Assembly (NCBI RefSeq): GCF_006345805.1
Contig: NW_021829801.1
Span: 1 to 5,901, forward strand
Source of the DNA: Octopus sinensis
Lineage: Eukaryota
Direction: 5' to 3'
DNA length: 5,901 nt
The translations under genes were made by a program, and so were the position numbers. Under the pieces are notes generated by a model, which saw nothing but the letters and a program-made list of their open reading frames with translations, searched no databases and was not told the origin of the DNA. How positions within the stretch are numbered: position 1 is the first letter of the stretch; every line of letters begins with the position of its first letter. This document shows positions 1-5,686 of the stretch, piece by piece.

Positions 1-209
1 GATGCTCCCCTACTACTTCTGCTCGTGATCAACCACCAAGGGACATTCTCAACTGGTTAAGGTCAAACAACTGACAAGCAAATCTGTGGTATTGAGCAGA
101 ATATTTGCTGTAGCCCATCTTTTATACCAAGACAAAACAATGTACATGATAACACATCCAATCAGTTAAGATCAGAAGCCACGAGAGTCACTGCCTGGTA
201 CTGCATCAG
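1..209. repeat. Unassigned probable interspersed-repeat fragment abutting a (TTA)n tract; runs off the window edge
   Basis: Non-coding and ends sharply at the microsatellite (…ctgcatcag|attatt). It resembles a recurrent octopus repeat from memory only; there is no second copy in the window. Confidence 0.3.
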
Positions 210-243
210 ATTATTATTATTATTATTATCATTATTATTATTA
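210..243 (+). repeat. (TTA)n microsatellite, about 11 units
   Basis: attattattattattattatcattattattatta seen directly; immediately precedes SINE A1. Confidence 0.95.
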
Positions 244-456
244 AGGCGGCGCGAGCTGATAGTATTATTGTTAGTACGCCGGACGAAATGCCGCTAAGCA
301 TTCCGTCCGTCGTTACGTTCTGAGTTCAACTGTGCCAAGGTCGACTCTGCCTTTCATCCTTTCAGGGTCGATAAATTAGGTACCAGTTGCGTACTGTGGT
401 CGATCTAATCGACTAGCCACCTCGCCCTAAAAAAATTTCGGGCCTTGTGCCTAGTA
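243..456 (+). mobile_element. tRNA-derived SINE, family A, copy 1 (degenerate)
   Basis: Aligns with copies at 1057-1250 and 5077-5304: aaggcgg..gagctg head, decayed B box (gagttcaac), core gtcgactctgcctttcatcctttcagggtcgataaattaggtaccagttg, and tail aaatttcgggccttgtgcct. Confidence 0.85.
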
Positions 457-457
457 T

Positions 458-1042
458 AGGCGTAGGAGTGGCTGTGTGGTAAGTAGCTTGCTTACCAACC
501 ATATGGTTCCAGGTTCAGTCCCACTGCGTGGCACCTTGGGCAAGTGTCTTCTACTATAGCTTCAGGCCAACCAAAGCCTTGTGAGTGGATTTGATAGACG
601 GAAACTGAAAGAAGCTCGTCGTATATATGTATATATTGTTTAAGAAAAATGTCCAGTTCCTTGGTTTTGTGTTTATGTTTTCGTTTCTCATTGTGTTCGA
701 CGTTTTTTTGGTGTCCTGTACCCATATATGCATGTATATATACATGTAGAGGTAGGTACGTACATATATGTATGTATATATGCATATGTTTTATCTATTA
801 ATTTATTATATATATATGTATGTGTGTGTGTATGTTTGTGTGTCTTTGTTTGTTCCCCCAACATCGAAGCTGGTGTGTTTACGTCCCCGTAACTTAGCGG
901 TTCGGCATAAGATACCGATATAATAAGTACTAGGCTTCCAAAGAATAAGTCCTGAGGTCGATTCGCTCGACTAAAGGCGGTGCTGCAGCATGGCCACAGT
1001 CAAATGACTGAAACAAGCAAGAGAGTAAAAGAGTAAAGAGTA
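458..1042 (+). mobile_element. tRNA-derived CORE-like SINE, family B, near full length with an internal microsatellite
   Basis: Head aggcgtaggagtggctgtgtggtaag with A-box-like 469-479 and B-box-like ggttcagtccc 512-522. accttgggcaagt (533-545) matches the MIR/CORE motif. The 3' half (841-1010) ends in a cagtca-aa-tgactg hairpin (997-1010) and a (TAAAAGAG)-like tail. The head and core recur inverted at 4944-5073, and the 3' half recurs at 1251-1363. Joining the two halves into one element partly relies on recalled family structure. Confidence 0.75.
622..840. repeat. Compound TA/TG/TATG low-complexity region with a ~85 bp unassigned T-rich insert (637-722), inside SINE B1
   Basis: Seen directly; it is the source of the spurious minus-strand ORFs 492-785 and 554-745. 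Confidence 0.8.
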
Positions 1043-1056
1043 CAGGAAAGATTATT

Positions 1057-1250
1057 AAGGCGGTGCGAGCTGGCAGAATCGTTAGCACGCCGGACGAAAT
1101 GCTTGGCGGCATTTTGTCCGTCTTTACGTTCTGAGTGAGGGTCGACTTTGCTTTCATCCTTTCAGGGTCGATAAATTAAGTACCAGTTGCACTCTGGGGT
1201 CGATTTAATCGATTGGACTCCCTCCCCATAAAATTTCAGGCCTTGTGCCT
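1057..1250 (+). mobile_element. SINE family A, copy 2 (B box deleted)
   Basis: Colinear with A1 and has the same tail (aaatttcaggccttgtgcct). ctgagt|gagggtcgac lacks the ttcaaattcc B-box segment present in copy A3. Confidence 0.85.
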
Positions 1251-1363
1251 CCGATAAAATTAGCATCTAACTTACAAATAAGCACTGGGGCCGATTTGTT
1301 GGACTAAATCTTCCAAGACGGTGCACCAGCATGGCCGCAGTCCAATAATTGAACCAAGTAATA
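1251..1363 (+). mobile_element. Diverged 3' fragment of a family-B-like SINE
   Basis: ccgataaaattagc…ataagcactggggccgatttgttggactaaa…cggtgcaccagcatggccgcagtccaa aligns with 915-1020 (ccgatataataagtac…ataagtcctgaggtcgattcgctcgactaaaggcggtgctgcagcatggccacagtcaaa). Confidence 0.75.
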
Positions 1364-1366
1364 CAT

Positions 1367-1380
1367 ATATCGTTGCTATT
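1367..1380 (+). repeat. Left 14-bp target-site duplication of SINE C (right copy at 2040-2053)
   Basis: Exact match atatcgttgctatt on both sides of the element. Confidence 0.92.
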
Positions 1381-2039
1381 GTGGAGGCGCAATGACCCAG
1401 TGGTTAGGGCAGCGGACACGCGGTCGTAGGATAGCGGTTTCGATTCCCAGACCGGGCGTTGTGAGTGTTTATTGAGCGAAAACACCTAAAGCTCCACGAG
1501 GCTCCGGCAGGGGATGGTGGCGATCCCTGCTGTACTCTTTCACCACAACTTTCTCTCACTCTTACTTCCTGTTTCTGTTGTACCTGTATTTCAAAGGCGC
1601 CGGCCTTGTCACTCTCTGTGTCACGCTGAATATCCCCCGAGAACTACGTTAAGGGTGCACGTGTCTGTGGAGTGCTCAGCCACTTACACGTTAATTTCAC
1701 GAGCAGGCTGTTCCGTTGATTCGGATCAACCGGAACCCTCGTCGTCGTAACCGACGGAGTGCTACCATCCGAGGCTCCGGCAGGGATGGTGGTGATCCCT
1801 GCTGTACTCTTTCACCACAACTTTCTCTCACTCTTACTTCTGTTTCTGTTGTACCTGTATTTCAAAGGCCGGCTGTCACTCTCTGTTTTACGGCTGAATA
1901 TCCCCCGAGAACTACGTTAGGTCACTTGTCTGTGGAGTGCTCAGCCACTTACACGTTAATTTCACGAGCAGGCTGTTCCGTTGATTCGGATCAACCGGAA
2001 CCCTCGTCGTCGTAACTGACGGAGTGCTTCCATCCATCC
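1381..2039 (+). mobile_element. tRNA-derived SINE, family C: full copy (1381-1770) fused to a 5'-truncated second copy (1771-2039), with a (CCAT)n tail
   Basis: A-box-like tgacccagtgg at 1393-1403 and B-box-like ggtttcgattcc at 1436-1447. 1498-1770 is repeated at 1771-2039. The exact 14-bp direct repeat atatcgttgctatt flanks the whole at 1367-1380 and 2040-2053. Confidence 0.9.
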
Positions 2040-2056
2040 ATATCGTTGCTATTATG

Positions 2057-2261
2057 CAAAAGTGTTGTAAGTCCGAAACGTCGCTTTTTCAGAAAACGAA
2101 AAAACAGTTTCACCATTCCATTTCTTTTTATATCAGCAACAGTTTCAGCTTAACGATAATACTTCGCTGGGTTCATAAAATCGTAACCCCATGCATGTAT
2201 GATATTTTCAGTCAGAAATATTTTAGCAAAACTGTCGTATGTAGGACTTACGACGCTTTTG
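2057..2261. repeat. 18-bp imperfect inverted repeat enclosing ~170 bp; possible MITE remnant
   Basis: caaaagtgttgtaagtcc (2057-2074) versus ggacttacgacgcttttg (2244-2261): 16/18 Watson-Crick, both mismatches G-U compatible. No TSD found. Confidence 0.35.
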
Positions 2262-2386
2262 GAAAATGCTAAACCGTTGCACTACACTTTGACAATTTTC
2301 ATCTGAAGTAGCTGGAAACACAATAGTTTGACCAAGAGAACCGGCTATTGCAATCAAAATTAAATATTGAAAATAATAATAATAAT

Positions 2387-2865
2387 ATGATATGATATTG
2401 ATATGACATTGATATGACTGACCCAATCGATATAAATGTATCTGTCAAGACCTACCAAAAACTGAGCAAATATAAAGATCTTGAAATAGAAATCAGCAAA
2501 ATGTGGAACCTGAAGACTAAAACAATACCTGTTGTCATAGGTGCCCTGGGAATGATAGCAAAAGGGGCTGATAGCTACCTAACTCAGATACCAGGAAACC
2601 CCAAAATGGCAGAAGTCAAAAGATAGTGCTCATGGGACTGCCTCATATTCCTACGCAAAATACTTTCTATGTAATCTCAAGGTTTAAAACAAACATTTTT
2701 TTCTTTTTTCTTTTTTTAGACATCCACCAGTACAACACAAAAAACAACCAAATATATGGCACACTAGGCATAACAACAACGTGAACTTCCAACCTGTTGT
2801 CTCTGAGGTCTCCGGGTGAGACTTGGAGCCAACTTGTACAAATATAAAGCAAAAGTCAAACATAG
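2387..2865 (+). mobile_element. 5'-truncated R4/Dong-like non-LTR retrotransposon (RLE clade): 3' end of the ORF plus 3' UTR
   Basis: Encodes an RLE C-terminal peptide. The 3' UTR carries a stem-loop at 2801-2828. Flanked by (AAT)5 at 2372-2386 and 2866-2880; Dong-type elements are known to target TAA repeats. Confidence 0.8.
2408..2674 (+). pseudogene. Frameshifted C-terminus of a non-LTR retrotransposon ORF (restriction-like endonuclease domain)
   Basis: IDMTDPIDINVSVKTYQKLSKYKDLEIEISKMWNLKTKTIPVVIGALGMI fits the R4-type RLE pattern (ID.T/A.P…K..KY.DL…W…IPVVIGALG). After AE, frameshifts leave QKIVLMG and LRKILSM* (stop at 2672-2674) in other frames. The upstream PD motif is lost. Confidence 0.85.
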
Positions 2866-3088
2866 AATAATAATAATAATAAAGCATTTGGCTAAATTTG
2901 GACATGCTACAGTGTAACATAATAGTAACAATATGTATATATACTAATATCGAACAGTGAGAACGAGTGCTCAACACGGCACTGGTAGATAAATATTGTT
3001 TATGGGTAAACAAAGCTACCATTTGTTTCATGCCATGAATACTTAGCAATTATCAAGTCTACTTATGGTACTCATTTCCATAAGCACA

Positions 3089-3133
3089 TATGTATGTATG
3101 TATGTTATTGTGTGTGTGTGTGTGTGTGTGTGT
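3089..3133. repeat. (TATG)n plus (TG)n microsatellite
   Basis: Seen directly. Confidence 0.9.
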
Positions 3134-3279
3134 GGTGTGAATCCTAGATGTGTGCGCCCGCAAGAGTACTTGATCATTCGATGTACTAACGATAGGTGTA
3201 ACCCCCAATATCTACCTCGAAACTATTCCCTACGACCTTTGTTACACGATGTCTGAATACAAGAAGAGACTACCACGGC

Positions 3280-3509
3280 TGCGGGACGTTCAATAAGTAA
3301 TGCCTCTGACCCACTTGCAGTTGTTTGATCTAGCTGAAATTTTGCATGTGCAATCATTTATATCTCTATAGAGTAAGTGGCAAATTACAGCTCTGAATTA
3401 ATTGTGGTTTCTGATTTACAGGTGTTTGAATCGAGTCAAGTGTGAAATGGAGCCTGTTGAGTGTCGAGCAGTGATCCGGTTTTTGTATTTGAAAGGACGC
3501 ACACCACGT
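3280..3509 (+). mobile_element. 5' fragment of a mariner (Tc1/mariner) DNA transposon
   Basis: TIR-like start gcgggacgttcaataagtaatgcc resembles mariner ends (cgaggg..gttcaataagtaat), followed by an ATG at 3447 and a transposase-like N-terminus. No right TIR is present in the window. Confidence 0.7.
3447..3509 (+). pseudogene. Truncated mariner transposase N-terminus, MEPVECRAVIRFLYLKGRTPR
   Basis: Manual translation matches the mariner N-terminal pattern (ME..E.RAVI.FL.LKG.TP). The frame is closed by a stop 9 codons later in unrelated sequence. Too short for the ORF track. Confidence 0.7.
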
Positions 3510-3558
3510 AGCTCTACTCGATCAGAACTGACTTGAAACTAAACAACAACAACAACAA
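3509..3558 (+). mobile_element. Probable 3' tip of a retroposon with an (AAC)5 tail, interrupting the mariner fragment
   Basis: Mariner similarity stops abruptly, and ~33 bp ending in ctaaacaacaacaacaac follows. Family assignment is from memory only. Confidence 0.4.
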
Positions 3559-3815
3559 AACCGAAGACCCATTATCTCCGTCTAAGCGCCACTTGGCTGC
3601 AACAACAGTAACGCGACGTTAACATTATCAAAACTTATGCAGACACTAAAGCAATCATTATGAAGAGGGAGATTAAATTGATTATATGTCTTAATGTCTG
3701 AGACGAAGAGTTGTTGACAGGATTGTAATTTTTCGAAGTATTAACTTCATCTCTGCAAACGGGAGATTTTTCAATATTTCCAGCTGCACCTGACCTATGC
3801 AGCATCTTTAACTAA

Positions 3816-3935
3816 TCTCTCTCTCTCGCGCTCTATCCTCTCTCTCTCTCTCTCGCTCTCTCTCTCGTCTCTCTCTCTCTCTCTCTCTCTCCTCTATATA
3901 TATATATATATATATAATATATATATATATATATA
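3816..3935. repeat. Compound (CT)n then (TA)n microsatellite
   Basis: Seen directly; source of spurious ORF 3833-4078. Confidence 0.95.
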
Positions 3936-3996
3936 GACGCGTGGGCGTCTATATCTGACTGACTGTCTGTCTGTGTATGTGTCTGTCTATCTGTCT
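3931..3996 (+). repeat. 66-bp direct repeat, copy 1 (copy 2 at 4246-4311), beginning with a 10-bp-stem hairpin
   Basis: 63/66 identical by manual alignment; atatagacgc-gtgg-gcgtctatat is a perfect stem-loop. Confidence 0.9.
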
Positions 3997-3997
3997 G

Positions 3998-4046
<49 letters not shown>

Positions 4047-4047
<1 letters not shown>

Positions 4048-4238
4048 GCCATGATAGACCGTTAGCTCCTACACGCATTTTTTTCTATCCTTGTTTTCTT
4101 TTTGTGTATCTTTCTGTGAAGAGCGTAGGCTCGAAACGTAAAAGACTTGTTCTATTTCATTCCTGAGCGCTATACTAATACATTTGTTTGTTTGTACTCC
4201 ACTGCCTTCGTCTTTTGTTTATTCGTAAACCTTCCCGT
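4047..4238 (+). mobile_element. Short Penelope-like / retrozyme-like unit 1, between (TA)n tracts
   Basis: Contains gaagagcgtaggctcgaaacgt; aligns along its length with the reverse complement of 4353-4539; bounded by TA runs. Confidence 0.65.
4109..4145 (+). ncRNA. Minimal type I hammerhead-like motif 1 (core one nt short; probably dead)
   Basis: tcttt-CTGTGA-A-GAGC(gtag)GCTC-GAA-ACGT-A-aaaga: 5-bp stem I, 4-bp stem II, palindromic ACGT stem III, predicted GUA cleavage after 4140. Confidence 0.5.
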
Positions 4239-4245
4239 TATATAT

Positions 4246-4311
4246 ATATAGACGCGCGGGCGTCTATATCTGACTGACTGTCTGTCTACGTATGTGTCTG
4301 TCTATCTGTCT
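4246..4311 (+). repeat. 66-bp direct repeat, copy 2, followed by (CA)n(TA)n to 4352
   Basis: Matches 3931-3996; hairpin atatagacgc-gcgg-gcgtctatat. Confidence 0.9.
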
Positions 4312-4317
4312 ATCTAT

Positions 4318-4352
<35 letters not shown>

Positions 4353-4537
4353 GTGAGAATTTACAAAAAAAATGACGAAGACATGTGTGTAAACAACAAA
4401 CAGATGTATTAGTTTAACGCTCGGAAAGTGAGAAAGTCTTTTACGTTTCGAGCCTACGCTCTTCAACAGAATGGAACACGGAAATAAACAAGGAGAGAAA
4501 TAGAAAAAAGGTTTAATGGCTATCTATCTATCATTGC

Positions 4538-4539
<2 letters not shown>
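4353..4539 (-). mobile_element. Short Penelope-like / retrozyme-like unit 2 (same family as unit 1, inverted)
   Basis: The reverse complement shares cgc.atgataga, ttttttctat, gaagagcgtaggctcgaaacgtaaaagactt, ttcc.gagcg, actaatacat and cttcgtc with unit 1. Confidence 0.65.
4437..4474 (-). ncRNA. Minimal hammerhead-like motif 2 (variant core CUGUUGA)
   Basis: Minus strand: ccatt-CTGTTGA-A-GAGC(gtag)GCTC-GAA-ACGT-A-aaaga; stem I has one internal mismatch; predicted cleavage after 4442. Confidence 0.55.

Positions 4540-4605
<66 letters not shown>
4540..4605. repeat. (TA)n microsatellite
   Basis: Seen directly; separates units 2 and 3. Confidence 0.95.
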
Positions 4606-4609
<4 letters not shown>

Positions 4610-4811
4610 ATCCAAACAAGAAAACACAGAAAAAAAACACAGCAACGCGAGGACGTGGAACAATTAAGTATTATTTGACGCTCAGGAAAGAAGGGGAGGA
4701 GGGTTAACGTTTCGAGCGGAGCTCTTCGTCGGAAACAAAGGAGAAGGAAAGATCCCGAGAAGGGAAGACAGAGGAAAAAAAATTTTTTGCTGGTGGTGCT
4801 CAAGAGATCAC
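4606..4811 (-). mobile_element. Short Penelope-like / retrozyme-like unit 3 (second family)
   Basis: Minus strand ccgacgaagagctccgctcgaaacgtt plus downstream ttcctgagcg…taatac shared with units 1 and 2; otherwise divergent. Bounded by (TA)n at 4540-4605 and 4812-4862. Confidence 0.6.
4703..4736 (-). ncRNA. Minimal hammerhead-like motif 3 (variant core CCGACGA, GUU triplet)
   Basis: Minus strand: gttt-CCGACGA-A-GAGC(tcc)GCTC-GAA-ACGT-T-aac; same architecture as motifs 1 and 2 with a different loop II; stem I is weak. Confidence 0.5.
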
Positions 4812-4862
4812 ATATATATCATATATATATATATATAGATATATATATATATATATATATAT

Positions 4863-4917
4863 AGGCGCAGGCGTAGTGAGCTTGTATGGTAAAAAGAGTC
4901 CTCAACCACATGGTTCC
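4863..4917 (+). mobile_element. Degenerate 5' head of SINE family B
   Basis: aggcgcaggcgt…tggtaa…caaccacatggttcc aligns with 458-510. Confidence 0.6.
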
Positions 4918-4943
4918 CAATTCACTCACTAACGAGCAGGCTG

Positions 4944-5073
4944 TACCAAACCCATCCAGAAGGCTCTGGCCAGCCCGGGGCTATAGCAGAAGACACTTGC
5001 CCAAGATGGCACGCAGTGGGACTGAACCCGGAATCATGTGGTTGGGGAGCAAGCTTCTTACCACAGAGCCACG
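4944..5073 (-). mobile_element. SINE family B head and core, minus strand, 3'-truncated
   Basis: The reverse complement cgtggctctgtggtaagaagcttgctccccaaccacatgattccgggttcagtcccactgcgtgccatcttgggcaagtgtcttctgctatagc aligns with 466-560. Confidence 0.85.
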
Positions 5074-5076
5074 GCT

Positions 5077-5304
5077 GGTGTGAGCTGGCAGAAACGTTAG
5101 CGCGCCGGGCGAAATGCGTAGCCGTATTTCGTCTGTCGTTACGTTCTGAGTTCAAATTCCGCAGGGTCGACTTTGCCTTTCATCCTCTCGGGGTCGATAA
5201 ATAAAGTACCAGTTACGCACTGGGTCGATGTAATCGAATCAATCCCTTTGTCTGTCCTTGTTTGTCCCCTCTATGTTTAGCCCCTTGTGGGTAGTAAAGA
5301 AATA
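5077..5304 (+). mobile_element. SINE family A, copy 3 (best-preserved B box, alternative 3' tail)
   Basis: gagctggcagaaacgttag…gagttcaaattcc…gtcgactttgcctttcatcctctcggggtcgataaataaagtaccagtt; the tail after ~5240 differs from A1 and A2. Confidence 0.85.
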
Positions 5305-5473
5305 TATATAAGATAGCTTTCACGGTCGGTGACGACTTGTTGCCCAGTGTACATTCGCAGTCTCGTTTTCTTGTAAACAACAGGATGGTCACAGCTGGAA
5401 CGCCCTTTAATCAAAGATCTGCTTGATATGAGTTGAGCTGGATGGACCGGGGGTGGGGCTGCTAAACAGCAAC

Positions 5474-5600
5474 CCCTTTTTCAACGCACACAAACCTACA
5501 ACAACTACGATAACTACATCCCACCCACACACCCCACACACACGCACCTCCCCCCTTACATCACACACCCATCACCCACGTCACCCCACCCCCTGCCATC
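5474..5600. repeat. C/A-rich low-complexity tract (G-rich on the minus strand)
   Basis: Eight C runs of at least 3 nt between 5520 and 5593; source of spurious ORF 5453-5635. Confidence 0.7.
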
Positions 5601-5686
5601 AAACAAAATTTATTACCACACCTACTCCAAAATGAAGTATTTTAATTAAAATCATATTTCAGCCTAATTTTAAAATCACGTGCTAT

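Noticed and set aside
1-209. HDV-like or hammerhead ribozyme on the minus strand next to the (TAA)n (ctgatgc…)
   Set aside because: Could not build a P1/P3 pseudoknot or a CUGANGA…GAAA core.
1384-1455. tRNA gene at the SINE C head (likewise the A and B heads)
   Set aside because: A/B boxes are present but no complete cloverleaf could be built; each continues into a SINE body.
492-1485. Minus-strand ORFs 492-785, 554-745, 930-1157 and 1267-1485
   Set aside because: They lie antisense across SINEs and microsatellites, with low-complexity translations.
1514-2015. Two overlapping ORFs (78 and 99 aa) sharing near-identical peptides
   Set aside because: A by-product of the SINE C internal duplication; no protein homology recognised.
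2067-2082. ccgaaacgtcg resembling the 3' half of a hammerhead
   Set aside because: No upstream CUGANGA-like core or stem II.
3062-3084. Hairpin cttatgg-(9 nt)-ccataag
   Set aside because: A 7-bp AT-rich stem is expected by chance.
3833-4803. ORFs with IYIYIY or RERERE runs
   Set aside because: Translations of (TA)n and (CT)n microsatellites.
4932-4944. 13-nt match acgagcaggctgt to SINE C (1697-1709)
   Set aside because: About one such match is expected by chance in a window this size, and there is no flanking similarity.
5381-5473. Possible diverged copy of the (AAC)-tailed retroposon seen at 3509-3558
   Set aside because: In-window similarity is weak (…gctaaacagcaac) and the link rests on memory; needs a library search.
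4886-5635. ORFs 4886-5083, 4922-5155, 5016-5204 and 5453-5635
   Set aside because: They read through SINE copies or the C/A-rich tract; no coding evidence.
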